Assembly: GCA_946965045.2 (NCBI GenBank)
Contig: OX337234.1
Location: 1,550,001-1,614,000 of the forward strand
Direction: 5' to 3'
Source: Epithemia pelagica
Lineage: Eukaryota > Protista > Bacillariophyta
DNA length: 64,000 nt
The notes under the pieces are model-generated. The model did not search any database. It saw nothing but the letters and a program-made list of their open reading frames with translations, and was not told the origin of the DNA. The position numbers and the translations under genes are program-made. Positions 35,701 through 47,599 of this stretch are shown here, piece after piece; position 1 is the first letter of the stretch; each line of letters starts with the position of its first letter.

Positions 35701-37519
35701 ATCCTATGCAGTTTATTTCCCTGACAGATCTCTGACAACAGTTTATGGAGGACAAACGTCTGCGGAATCATTTGAAAGAATTGTACTAGATGCACAAAAA
35801 CAAGGCTTTGATGCAACAGTCGTGTCTAATCTTTCAAGGAATTTTACAAACGACTATATTGATAATAATTTTGTTCTGTCGTGTCTTCATCAAATGCCAT
35901 ATGGAACAGGCGGCCCAGATGAGGACCGTCTTAGCTCAGATGGAGACACAATGAACCTTGACTTAGCTCAATATGCACGTCATCTATCTTTCATCAGCAA
36001 TCCTCTCTTTCACTCTCCAATGTTTGTTTTGAAACTATTCAACATGAAGATCCGAAGTACACTTCTTAAAACCGCCTGTCAGATTTTAAATGGAAATCGG
36101 AAATTGTATGATTTACCTGGTGCTCTTTACAAGCTAAACTTTGCAGCCGCTGCTCATGCATACAGCTCAGGAAATAGATCATTGCATAATCAAACAGCAC
36201 AAGCAATGTTTGCAGGTGTAGACAGTATTACCAAAGCTCTCCCTCATACAGACGAAGCTGCAAAACAAGCACGAGGATGGATGACATCATTACAGCATCA
36301 TTTTGGTTTAGGAGGAATGTTTATAACTGTAACACCCGATGACGAAAATTTGTTTCTTGTTTCGGCATATTCCATGAGAGACAGGAATGGCAAAGCATTT
36401 GATGTTAATAGATTATCTGCCGAAGAACTTCAAAAGCGAGCAAAGCTACGTCGCCAAACACGTATAGAATTTCCTGGTATAACGTCTTTAGCATTTGAAT
36501 ATGTTCTAAATATTGTACTGGAAGAGGTCATTGGATGGGATGTCAAGAAAAATAGAGCAACAGGCAAGCCAGGATTATTTGGAATACCAATAGCTTATGG
36601 TGGTGCAATTGAGGAGCAAGGACGCACAACACTACATGTTCATTTAATCATTTGGATACAAGGATTTGATAGCTATCTTGATTCTATGAACCATCCAAAT
36701 GAACGAGTTCGATTTCATGCAAGAAGACACATTTGTGAACAACTGGATAATAGTGTTTCTACATCTCTCATTAAACTTTCTCGTTCTAGTCAGAAAAGGA
36801 AAGCAAATGAGCCTAGTACCAGAACTTTGTTTAAACATGAATGCTGCGAACAACACCGACAGCGAAAATATCCTAAATTGGTTGAAAAGCAGCAATTGCG
36901 AAACCTTCGCCACAAGGACTGTGCAAAAAAAAACCTAACTGTCGCTTACTGTCAACATTGTGATAAGACGTGGAAAAGCGACGATCTAGTACTTGACTTC
37001 TTGCACAATACCACAGATATATATCTTCCTCGAGGGCTACCAGATACCACAAAGCTACTAGCTAACATGTGTTATGAATATACCAAGCCTGATACTACGT
37101 CTATTACAGTTTCGTCAGTTATTCAGCACGTGACAACTGACCTTCATCATTCATCTCATGCAAAGTCATGTTTCAAGCACCAACCTTGGAAATCCAAAAG
37201 CACTACCCTAAAACACACTTCAGAATGTAATCATGCAGGAATGGAGTGTCGCATGAGATTCCCACAGCTACCTCAAAAGCAGACAACTCTGCAACCTATG
37301 CTCCAAGGTCACGCTAACCAATGCAAATTCTATACCTGGTATGGCAAAACATCCATAAAAAATTTCTTTCATGTAGTTCCTAAGAGAAACATATATGATG
37401 TTTTTGTAAATTCATATATCAAGCCTATTTCTGAATCAATGATTGGTGGTAACTCCAATGCTCGGGTTGTGACGCCAGGACCTATTGGAATGTATACGAT
37501 AAAATATCCAACAAAAACA

Positions 37520-37633
37520 TGTTGAAGCCGGGCGAGCCACGTCGCCAAAATGTGAGGGAATTAGCGAATGTGTGAAAGTTCCCAAGTAGATGTGAAAGAT
37601 ATTATAGTTTTGATTTACCGCGAAATTTCAGCA
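37520..37633 (+). repeat. 5' LTR (114 bp)
   Basis: Identical to the 3' LTR except for a 26-bp deletion after TGTTGAA. Confidence 0.95.
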
Positions 37634-37690
37634 GTTTATCAGACCCAACGACGAGTTTTTCACGTGCAGTACAAAGATTGATTGACGACG

Positions 37691-39284
37691 ATGGTACTTA
37701 CTGCAGCGCAGACGACAGCGTTCTTTGAACAACCGGCCCAAATGGGCATCCCACACGCAACGGTTGTCCAACTTCAAGTGGAAGGTATCGCAGTTGTCGC
37801 GGATTTAGCCGATTTCGACAAGGAATCTTTGCAGCAATTGGCTGACAACCTCAGGAAACCGGCAGGGCGAATCCCTGATCCTAACCCCGGAGCGGCTCCT
37901 GGTGCAACGATACCGACACCACCGTTCATTTTCGGGGCCAAGTCCCAACCGCTTGAGCGTAGCATGCGAAATCGTTCGTTACTACAATACAACGGACCGT
38001 GAGATGACCGCTGCGAATCTACGATGGACGCATGTCATTCGAAATTTTGAAGTACAGTGGAAGGCCCTACAGGCCCGTAAGAAGGACGACGATGTTCCTG
38101 AGGTACCCAAGATTAGCAAGGCTCTACCAATTATCAAGTGGTCGGAAGCTTTCCACGATTTCCTCTATCGAGTTATCGGTGTTCGGACCACTCCGCTGGC
38201 TTACGTCACGCGAGCAACTGTGGATGTCCCTGTTGTTGCCCCAGCCCTTCTGACGAATAAGCCACATTCGGAAGAACATGGATCCGTTGAGGGAGAATTG
38301 ATTGCCCGAGCCTCTCATGCCCATGAATTGTATCGCGACGACAACGCGGCTGTCTATTACCATTTGGAAGAGGCGACACGAGGGACTGTCTATGCAGCTT
38401 CGATTAAACCATTCCAACGCGGCAAGGATGGAAGGGGAGCATGGTTGGCTCTAACCAACCAATACGCTGGAAAGGACAAGTGGGAAGCCGAATTGAAGAA
38501 GCAAGACGACCTTCTACATACCAGGATTTGGAAGGGACAATCCAACTTTCCTTTAGAAGGTTTCATTGGGCAACACAGAAATGCCTTCGTTTCGATGCAG
38601 CAATGTGCTGCCCATGTGGAGTATCAACTCCCGAATTCCCACACAAGAGTGGGCTATCTCTTAGAAGGCATCCAGTGCTCGGATGCTGGTCTGCAAGCTG
38701 CTATGGCCAGTATTCGGACCGACGACGGCCCGACTGGAATGCGAAATGACTTCGAAAGAGAGGCAGCTCATTTATTGCCTTACGATCCAGTGGCCAAACG
38801 CCGCGCAACGGCGACGAATAAACGTGGATCCTCTCAAATCTCCGCGGTTGATGCTGCTGAAGGGATCGATGATGACCCGACGGCCCAAGCCTCCAGTGCA
38901 ACTGCGACAGCGAAGAAACGCAAAGCCAGTATAGGCAAACCTTCGATACCACACACCGGATGAGTATCGTGGATTGTCGAAAGAGCAAAAGGACAAATTA
39001 CGAGAGTGGCGGACGAAGAACCCGCCGCCTAAAAAGGACTCTGACAACACCTCTGGCGGCAATAAGCGATTCAAAGGGACGAAAAGCAGATCGCAGCGGT
39101 GATTGCTAAGGAACTAAAGAAATTGGTTCAAGAGGAGTCAAAGGCTGAAGATGAAGAAGCCAATATTGCCAGCCTGGTACAGGCAGCAGTGGCGCAACAA
39201 CTCGACGAAACGAAGCCCAAAGCTGATGACAAACCCAAACCCAAAGTCACCCTGCGCTCCATCTTAAAACAGGCAAAGGCCTGA
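37691..39284 (+). pseudogene. gag: copia gag with three frame-disrupting lesions
   Basis: MVLTAAQTTAFF...FGAKSQ, shift near 37946, ACEIVRYY...SIGK, shift near 38940, LRYHTPDEY..., shift near 39080, IAKELKK...LKQAKA*. Confidence 0.75.
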
Positions 39285-39296
39285 CAAGGTCTGGCG

Positions 39297-42200
39297 GTGA
39301 ACATCTCCTCCACGACGTCACGAGGAGGAGGACAATCACTGCAGCCGGACACAACAACTTGGGACCCTGGAAAAATTCAAATTTCCCAACAACACTTTGC
39401 GGCTCTCGTGGCTGCAAGTGATATGACTCATGACGACATGGAAGAGATGTCAACCGATGGCGGTTCCAGAACGGAACTCGACAGCCATGCCAACATGCCC
39501 GTGGTTGGACGGAACGTTTACGTCCTGAATTGGACCGGAAGAACGGTGGACGTGAGCCCGTTCTCGCCCGACTATTCCACGACTACGGCAGAATTGGTTG
39601 ATGCCGCATTGAAATTTGACTGCCCATATGAGGGCAAAACTTACATACTAGTGGTGAGAAATGCGATATATGTGAAGGCAATGGAACATAATCTCATACC
39701 ACCATTCCTCATGCGAGAGGCAGGCATCATCGTGAATGACAAGCCTAAAATCCACACGGTAGATCCGACAACCGATGACCATGCGGTAGTGTTCCCGACA
39801 ACGGGGTTTCGGATTCAACTATCCTTGTGGGGAGTCTTTTCATTCTTCTCCACCCAACAACCATCGGAGGACGATCTGATGGCTGGTCTTGACACATACG
39901 TCCTTACCCCAACAATTTGGAATCCCCACTCCGATGCATATGCGACAAACGAGGCCAATATGTTGGACTGGGAAGGTAATATGCGTGAACCAAGAGACCG
40001 AGTAACTGTGATTATCGATGATATACCTGACGACAAGGACGAGCACGGTCGGTACACCATATCATCAATGGAAGCCGAAGCAATCGACGGCGTGTGTCAA
40101 TGCCGAGCTCAAATGGATGCACGGAGTGCAGATGGCTGGGACAAATCGACAAACCACCTATCTGTTATCTCTTCAACGCTATCCGAATCCAACATGGCAA
40201 GAGCAATGGAGGAAAGAGCTGAATTTGGATATGACGCCATAGGCATTGGCGAATTGACGGCCCCATATGACGACGACCCTTTGATTGTGACAGATGCATC
40301 GTCCTCAGAGGAGCAAAGTGATGGGAGCAATGATGAACTCGACGAGAATGACTGGATGGAATTGGAAATGTCCGACGACCTGGACAACATCTTTATGTCA
40401 TCAACCGTCGACGCCAGCAACCCACGAGGAGTGGACGCGGCACATCTGTCCAAAATCTGGCGCATTAGTCATGAAGATGCGACACGGACGTTGGCAGCAA
40501 CCACTCAGAACAGTATGAGGCCAATGGACCCTAGTTTATCGCAGAACTATGGGACCAACGATCGGATGCTGAGGTATCGAAGGATAAATGATTACTTCTT
40601 CATGGATACGCTGTTCGCAACCAGTAAAGGTGGAAAATCGTCGCGTGGGAACACTTGCTGTCAATTATTCGTTACGGATAAAGGCTTCATCTACGTGGTA
40701 CCACTGAAACGCAAATCAGAAGTGATGCATGCGGTCAAGCAGTTTGCTAAGGAGATCGGTGCACCACAAGCCATCATTTGCGATATGTCAGGCGAGCAAA
40801 TGAAACCCGATGTCAAGCTCTTCCTGAATGACATTGGCACAACTCTCCGAGCCTTGGAAGAAGGGACACCATGGTCCAATAAGGCGGAGTTATATATTAA
40901 GCTAATGAAAGAAGCCGTCCGAAAGGATATGCGGGAATCCCATTCCCCTCTACCATTCTGGGATTACTGTCTTGAACGACGGGTGCGGATCTACAACCTG
41001 ACTGCACGGGATCACCCAAAGATTTGGGGAACCAACCCTTACACCATGACAATGGGAGAGGAAGGCGACATCTCGAACCTCTGTCAGTATAAATGGTACG
41101 AATGGTGTTACTGTCGGGAGCATACGGCTCCATTTCCCCACAACCAAGAGGTACTTGGTCGCGTGCTAGGCCCTGCACGAGGTGAAGGGAATGAAATGGC
41201 TCAGTGGGTATTAAAGGCGAATAGACGAGTCGTGCCACGACGCTCTGTTCGCCCCCTCCACGCCTCAGAGGAGAACAGTCCCACTGAGATCAAGAAGCGC
41301 CAGTTGTTCGACAAACTGATCGAGAGGAGATACGGGACATCGACCAGCCCGCCTCCCAAAATCTCAAAACCCAACGACGACGAATTTGAGAACTACGAGG
41401 ACAATGACGAACCCTCGCGCCCAGTCCCTGAAATTGAAGACATGGTGGACACCAATGGGCGCCTTCTCAACCAACTCCCAGCGTATGATCGACTGCTCCA
41501 AGCAGAAGTACAAATGCAGCTGGGTGAAGAATATCGCACGGGCAAAGTGACGCGACGGGCATTAGGACCCGATGGAAAGGTCACTGGGAAGTATGACCAC
41601 AACCCATTTCTGAACTCCATGATTTACGAAGTTGAGTTTGCCGATGGGCAAGTGCGAGAATACTCGGCCAACCTGATAGCGGAGAATATGCTCACTCAGG
41701 TAGACTCCGAAGGATTCAGCACAACGATCATGGAAGGGATAGTAGACCACAGACGGGACGACGCTGTTGCCGTCCCAAAGAACGAAAAATATATCATAAC
41801 GCGATCTGGACAGAGGAGGCTCCGGAAATCCACAGCTGGATGGAAACTCCTCATCAGATGGAAGGACGAGAGCGAGTCCTGGATCAAGCTCTCTGAAATG
41901 AAGGAATCCCATCCTGTTGAGACAGCAGAGTATGCGAAGGCAAAGGGAATTGACGATGAGGCTGCCTTCTGCTGGTGGGTTCCGTACACCCTAAAGAAGA
42001 GAGATGCCATCATTGCAGCTGTCAAAACCCGTGTACGGAAAACAACGCATAAATATGGGATTGAAGTGCCGACATCGGTAGAACACGCAAAGGAACTCGA
42101 TAGACGCAATGGAAACACGATGTGGATGGACGCATTAGCCAAGGAAATGTACAACGTGGGAGTGGCGTTTGAAGTTCTTGATGAGGGACAAAAGGCGCCG

Positions 42201-43790
42201 CCTGGTTGGAATCATGCGTCTGGCCATCTTGTATGGGACGTGAAGATGGACTTCACGAGAAAGGCAAGGTGGGTACTTGATGGCCACAAGTGCCCCAATC
42301 CTATAGGGTCAACCTTTGCCGGTGTTGTGTCTCGAGAAAGTGTCCGCATAGCGTTCACATATGCAGCACTGAATGGGTTGGATGTGTTTGCGGCTGACAT
42401 CCGCAATGCATATCTCCAAGCTCCGTCGTCCCAGAAGGATTATGTGATATGTGGTCCTGAGTTTGGACTCGAAAACGTCGGCCGTGTGGCACTCATACAT
42501 CGAGCATTGTATGGGGGAAAAACGGCGGGAAAGGACTTTAGGAACCATCTGCGCTCCTGCATGCATCACCTAAAGTTCCAGTCCTGCCCAGCGGACCCTG
42601 ATGTATGGATGAGGCCAGCTGAAAAGTCGGATGGAGCAACCTATTATGAGTATGTGCTACTATATGTCGATGATGCGCTAGTGGTGAGCGAGAACGCTGA
42701 ACGCATTCTACGTGATGAGATCGGGCGATACTTTGAGCTGAAAGAGGAGTCAGTTGGACCTCCCACGCTCTACCTTGGTGGTCGAGTCCGAAAAGTCACA
42801 CTGGATAATGGGGTGAAGGCATGGGCCTTTAGCTCATCGCAATATGTCCAAGCGGCCGTAAGAAATGTTGAGGAGTACCTTGGTCGAGAAGAAAACCAGA
42901 GGTGGAAGCTACCAGCTAAGGCAGACACTCCAATGCAATCAACATATCGACCAGAGCTCGACGTGACGCCCGAATTGACACCAAAATTGGCATCGTACTA
43001 CCAGTCCCTGATTGGGGTGCTGAGGTGGATTGTTGAGTTGGGAAGAGTTGATATCTGTCTGGAAGTGTCGCTCCTCTCATCCCATCTTGCATTGCCGAGA
43101 GAAGGCAACTTTGGTCAGGTCCTCCAAATCTTCTCTTATTTGAAGAAGTACCACAATACGGAATTGGTATACGATCCGTCTGATCCCGTAGTGGAAGAGA
43201 GTGATTTCGAGCGAAAGGATTGGACAGCATCCGAGTTTGGGCATGTTGATGGGAAGGAAGAGTTACCACCGAATATGCCTGAGCCTAGAGGACAAGGTTT
43301 CATTATCCGAGCGAAAGTCGATGCAGATCACGCGTTGGATACCGTGACAAGGCGCTCACGGACTGGTTTTCTTGTTTATCTAAACAGTGCACTGGTGCAT
43401 TGGTGGAGCAAGAAGCAGACAAGTGTCGAATCTTCATCTTTTGGTTCAGAATTCATTGCGATGAAGCAATGTTGTGAATATCTGAGAGGACTCCGTTACA
43501 AATTGAGGATGCTGGGAATACCATGTGATGGGCCAGCGCTCATATATGGCGACAACCAGTCAGTCTTAGCCAATACCACCATTCCCGATTCCACATTGAA
43601 GAAAAAGAGTCAAAGCATAGCCTTTCACTTTGTTCGTGAGGGATCAGCGCGGGATGAATGGAGGACAACCTATGTAAACACGCACAATAACGAAGCGGAC
43701 CTTCTTACGAAACTGTTGCCAAACGGTGAAAAGAGAGAGGGTTTTGTGCGCAATCTACTGCATCACATCTTCGGATCTAATGCAGAGTGA
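39297..43790 (+). CDS. pol: copia pol (protease, integrase, chromo-like module, reverse transcriptase, RNase H); open 1497 codons
   Basis: ELDSHAN (protease); DTLFA...DMSGE...WSNKAE (integrase); ADIRNAYL and LYVDD (RT); VDADHA and IYGDNQSV (RNase H). Confidence 0.95.
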   Translation: MNISSTTSRGGGQSLQPDTTTWDPGKIQISQQHFAALVAASDMTHDDMEEMSTDGGSRTELDSHANMPVVGRNVYVLNWTGRTVDVSPFSPDYSTTTAELVDAALKFDCPYEGKTYILVVRNAIYVKAMEHNLIPPFLMREAGIIVNDKPKIHTVDPTTDDHAVVFPTTGFRIQLSLWGVFSFFSTQQPSEDDLMAGLDTYVLTPTIWNPHSDAYATNEANMLDWEGNMREPRDRVTVIIDDIPDDKDEHGRYTISSMEAEAIDGVCQCRAQMDARSADGWDKSTNHLSVISSTLSESNMARAMEERAEFGYDAIGIGELTAPYDDDPLIVTDASSSEEQSDGSNDELDENDWMELEMSDDLDNIFMSSTVDASNPRGVDAAHLSKIWRISHEDATRTLAATTQNSMRPMDPSLSQNYGTNDRMLRYRRINDYFFMDTLFATSKGGKSSRGNTCCQLFVTDKGFIYVVPLKRKSEVMHAVKQFAKEIGAPQAIICDMSGEQMKPDVKLFLNDIGTTLRALEEGTPWSNKAELYIKLMKEAVRKDMRESHSPLPFWDYCLERRVRIYNLTARDHPKIWGTNPYTMTMGEEGDISNLCQYKWYEWCYCREHTAPFPHNQEVLGRVLGPARGEGNEMAQWVLKANRRVVPRRSVRPLHASEENSPTEIKKRQLFDKLIERRYGTSTSPPPKISKPNDDEFENYEDNDEPSRPVPEIEDMVDTNGRLLNQLPAYDRLLQAEVQMQLGEEYRTGKVTRRALGPDGKVTGKYDHNPFLNSMIYEVEFADGQVREYSANLIAENMLTQVDSEGFSTTIMEGIVDHRRDDAVAVPKNEKYIITRSGQRRLRKSTAGWKLLIRWKDESESWIKLSEMKESHPVETAEYAKAKGIDDEAAFCWWVPYTLKKRDAIIAAVKTRVRKTTHKYGIEVPTSVEHAKELDRRNGNTMWMDALAKEMYNVGVAFEVLDEGQKAPPGWNHASGHLVWDVKMDFTRKARWVLDGHKCPNPIGSTFAGVVSRESVRIAFTYAALNGLDVFAADIRNAYLQAPSSQKDYVICGPEFGLENVGRVALIHRALYGGKTAGKDFRNHLRSCMHHLKFQSCPADPDVWMRPAEKSDGATYYEYVLLYVDDALVVSENAERILRDEIGRYFELKEESVGPPTLYLGGRVRKVTLDNGVKAWAFSSSQYVQAAVRNVEEYLGREENQRWKLPAKADTPMQSTYRPELDVTPELTPKLASYYQSLIGVLRWIVELGRVDICLEVSLLSSHLALPREGNFGQVLQIFSYLKKYHNTELVYDPSDPVVEESDFERKDWTASEFGHVDGKEELPPNMPEPRGQGFIIRAKVDADHALDTVTRRSRTGFLVYLNSALVHWWSKKQTSVESSSFGSEFIAMKQCCEYLRGLRYKLRMLGIPCDGPALIYGDNQSVLANTTIPDSTLKKKSQSIAFHFVREGSARDEWRTTYVNTHNNEADLLTKLLPNGEKREGFVRNLLHHIFGSNAE

Positions 43791-43925
43791 GTCAATCAGT
43801 GGAGTAGGTACGACATTGAACCACTGTGTGAGGGTGGATGTAACAAGATGTGAACCATCCTAAACTGGAAGAAACTAACAAGGCACCAGCTATGACAAGA
43901 CGAAACTACACAAGGTAGTTCCGCC

Positions 43926-43935
43926 TTGAGAGGAG
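43926..43935 (+). promoter_or_regulatory. Polypurine tract of the copia element
   Basis: TTGAGAGGAG lies immediately before the 3' LTR TG. Confidence 0.8.
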
Positions 43936-44075
43936 TGTTGAAATAACGGGTGCCAAACGGCTAAGATAGCCGGGCGAGCCACGTCGCCAAAATGTGAGGG
44001 AATTAGCGAATGTGTGAAAGTTCCCAAGTAGATGTGAAAGATATTATAGTTTTGATTTACCGCGAAATTTCAGCA
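43936..44075 (+). repeat. 3' LTR (140 bp)
   Basis: TGTTGAAATAACG...TTTCAGCA. Confidence 0.95.
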
Positions 44076-47000
44076 AACACGCAGGATCAAAATTCGGAGC
44101 CCTATAGCACAGTGATTGAGAGTCTTACAAGTGCCCTCCAAAAAATAGATACGCAGCAGAACCAGAATAGTCAGAGATCACTGTCACTTCGGCTTCTGAT
44201 TAGAGCTGGATTCGCTGCCAACAAGAATAATATTGTAGGTGCATCACAAGCATCCTTCTTGACAAGGAATCACTCCAGGTTCCTATTTTCCCACCAGTTT
44301 GCGTATGTTCCTCTATGTGACCTGGTCAAAATTATCACAACGAATTTCGTTGATAGAACTTATGTTCGATCATACAAGGGCAAGCCATATGCTGATTCAT
44401 GGCTTTGCATTACCTATGTCGACCACAAGCTTTATCTGATCTCTGCCCAAAGCTATTCTTTGAACAATATGAGGTAATCAGAGGGTCTTCAAATGGCGAT
44501 GATGAGTTATTTGACTTTGAGGACAATCGACATTTCACTCATCCGGCACAAGTCAATAGACGCGAAGATGGGGAAATTTCCAGATTCCAAGTGATCCGGG
44601 AGCGGAAAATACCACGACTGGCATGGGTCCCTAACCATTGTCTTGTTCTTGATGCCGCAAAATTCGACGGGACAGACATTTTAACCTGTGAGAATATCAC
44701 TGAAGAAATGGAGGACTATGCATTACACATTTTTGCTCTTTGTCACTCCTACATTTGTGTTGATGATTTGAAGTTGAATGATTCCTTTGTCCTGAAACTC
44801 CGACAACTTTTTGAAGCTGGACATTTAGACGACCATGTTCAATATCTTCAAAACATGCAGGATGCAAGGGGCAACTACATGAGAGTCACACCTACCGAGG
44901 ATGACCTTCAAGCGTGTAGCATTCCTTTTCAATATGATGATGAAGATGATGGTATAGACGAGAATACCAAAAAATCAGGAAACGATTTGCCACCTGAGGA
45001 AGAAGAGCAGTTACAAAGTTTGCTGTTACAAGGACAAAAGCTTGACATTTTCCTTTCATTGATTGAAGATGACCTTCAAGCATTTGACCCAACTCAAGGT
45101 GTCAATTCCAATTCCTTTCAAGAAAATTTTGTGCCGTCGTCCATTTCATTCAAAAGCGTTCAGTTGCGAGGAAGCTACAGATGTGGGACAGATCAACTAT
45201 GCAATCTTCCATATCAATATTCAGATCAGGCTACTAGTCCCTTTCTTCCCCTAGATTCGACTGATGCGGTAGATCTTGATGGCAACAATGTTGATGAAGA
45301 TGAACTAAACATCATGGAAATGCCGCCAATTCCAAGTCCCACAGACATTGTTCACGTCCTTTTACAGCGGAATTGTTTGTCGCCAGAAAGATCTATTCAA
45401 GTCATGGCTTCATCAAAACGACTAGCAGAAGCAAATGGATCTGCTCTAAGCATATGTGCATGGGCTGAAAAAACTGGATTAGACAGTGAACAAAGAAGGG
45501 CATTTGAGGTTTTTGCCGGTTCATTCGTTCTTTCATTTTTCAACGACGCAAATGAAACTACCACACCAGGACCCCAGCTCCCACGAACTCGGAATAGAGT
45601 TTTCCTCAAAGAAAAAGTGCGGCTTTTGAAATTGTGCGGTAAGCTCCCAGTGAGGGCGACACAGCAGAGAATGTGTGATATGAATCATAAAAACTTGGTG
45701 TGTTTTCTTCATGGACCTGGTGGGAGTGGTAAATCGGCCGTTCTTGAATTACTACAGCTATATGCACGAGAATATTGCAATCATTTGAATTACGAGTACA
45801 ACAGTGAAACAATTGTGGTAACGGCAATGAGTGGTGTTACCGCAACTCTCATTGGAGAACGTACTACACATTCTGCTGCTCATCTTAACAAGAAAGCGTC
45901 AAAGATTCCATATGAAGACAAGTTCCGTTGGAAGCACACACGTCTCTTGATCGTGGATGAGATCTCTTTCGCCTCGAAATCTGAAATCAAAACACTGGAT
46001 GCTCATGTCAAATTAGTCAAGGACGCACCTTTCAAAGATTATGGCGGGATTGATGTTATCTTCTGTGGAGATATGAGGCAGCTGCAACCAGGCGGAGGAA
46101 AAGTCAAAATTTATGAATGTGAATTTCCTGAGTTCCATGGAATGATCAATTGTTACCTTGAATTGAATGCTATGCATCGATTCTCAAATGATGTCATGTG
46201 GGGAGAATTATTGTGCAGGTTTCACAATGGCAAACTGACTGAAGACGACATGGACACAATAAACACGCGGGTTGTCGATCAAAACGGCTTGTCACTACCA
46301 AATGATATACGGTATGTATCATACAGGAATATAGACAGGGTGTCTATTAATACTGGACTCTTCCTCAAGCATCTACAATCAGCACCTGATCAATCCTATA
46401 TCGAGAACAACTGTGTTCTTGTCCTTTCAAGCTGCTTGAAAATCAAAGAAGGTGATTGCCAATACCGGTCACCATCGAATGCCTGGGAAACGTATCTTTG
46501 GCAAAGCTGTGGGGAAGGGCAGTGCAAACCATCGGGATTTTCAGGTCGGTTTGACCCAGCAATGCTGCTATTCTACAACCGTCCAGTGTTGGTGAATAAC
46601 AACAAAAATGTGGAAAAGATGATTGCAAACGGTACTCGAGCATTTCTTCAGACAATTCATTTGAAGCCCGATGAAACATACACAATGTGCACTGTCGATT
46701 CCATTGCAGTTCCTACTGTAAGAGCTGACCAAATTCTGAAGGTAGAACTCCACTTTGAATCACCTAATGCAACAGGCAACACATTCAAAATTGCACCAAA
46801 AGAACACACCTTCATTGCCGATGTACCCTATCCCCGATCTCTCCAAACTGGGAGTAATCAAGACACCACACAACAACTTCATATGAAGGGACTACAACTT
46901 CCTTTCATTTGCAATAATGCAACAACGGGACACAAGCTTCAAGGAGCTTCGGTACAAACTTTGTTTGTACACACACGGTCAATGGTGGAGAATTGGTCAT

Positions 47001-47599
47001 ATGTGGTTCTCTCCAGGGTAAAAACTATCTCGGGATGGATGGTATCGGGTCCACGGCCTATAGTGCCAGAAAAGAGACTCCTCTATCGAAACTGAAAGCA
47101 AAGCTTCCATATACTATATGAAAGTCGCTAGGTTTAGGGTTCCTAGCTTAATACGGCCCCGCGGCTTCCACCTAGTTCTTACTTACGGCTAAAGTAACTT
47201 AGTAGGAAAGTTAGGAGCTTTTTTGCACTTTGCCCGAGTTTTTGGTGGTTTTACCTAGTTTCCCCTCTAACTTACTTACTGCTTCTCTAAAACCCTATTA
47301 CCCATTTTTTAAGCTCATTGGTCTGGGGCTATTGCTAGCGGAATTAACCTGGACGGTAGTAGAAGTTTACATGTACATGTAGCTGTTTCAACATCATATC
47401 TAGTCTATGAGTAGAACAAGCCTATGTCAATGCGGGTACAAGTTTACATGTATCTCTTCATAGCAGTATCGATCATGCAGCATCCATCCAACCTTTAGTT
47501 ACCTTTATATCCTAGCTTGTTGCTGACATAGAATGTTTTCACCTGATTGGGTAGACTGTGTGTGGTTGAAAGAGGAAGATACTGCACCTGCCCGTGGAG

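Larger units (their letters stand above)
37520..44075 (+). mobile_element. Ty1/copia LTR retrotransposon (CoDi-like), 6556 bp
   Basis: TG...CA LTRs at both ends, polypurine tract before the 3' LTR, gag followed by pol in PR-IN-RT-RH order. AACA flanks both ends. Confidence 0.95.
34826..47036 (+). mobile_element. Helitron2/Helentron-like Rep-helicase gene (copy 1), split by a copia insertion and truncated at the 3' end
   Basis: N-terminal CxxC pairs and ANGWYFG; Rep motifs FITVTPDD, EEQGRTTLHVH (HUH, 36635-36643) and YTIKYPTK. The frame resumes after 44075 (TQDQNSE), with a frameshift near 44400. PIF1 motifs GPGGSGKS, IVDEIS, GDMRQL, TGHKLQG and YVVLSRV. Confidence 0.9.

Noticed and set aside
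44010-44075. Start of a 155-aa gene
   Set aside because: The start lies inside the 3' LTR; the rest is the resumed Helitron Rep frame.
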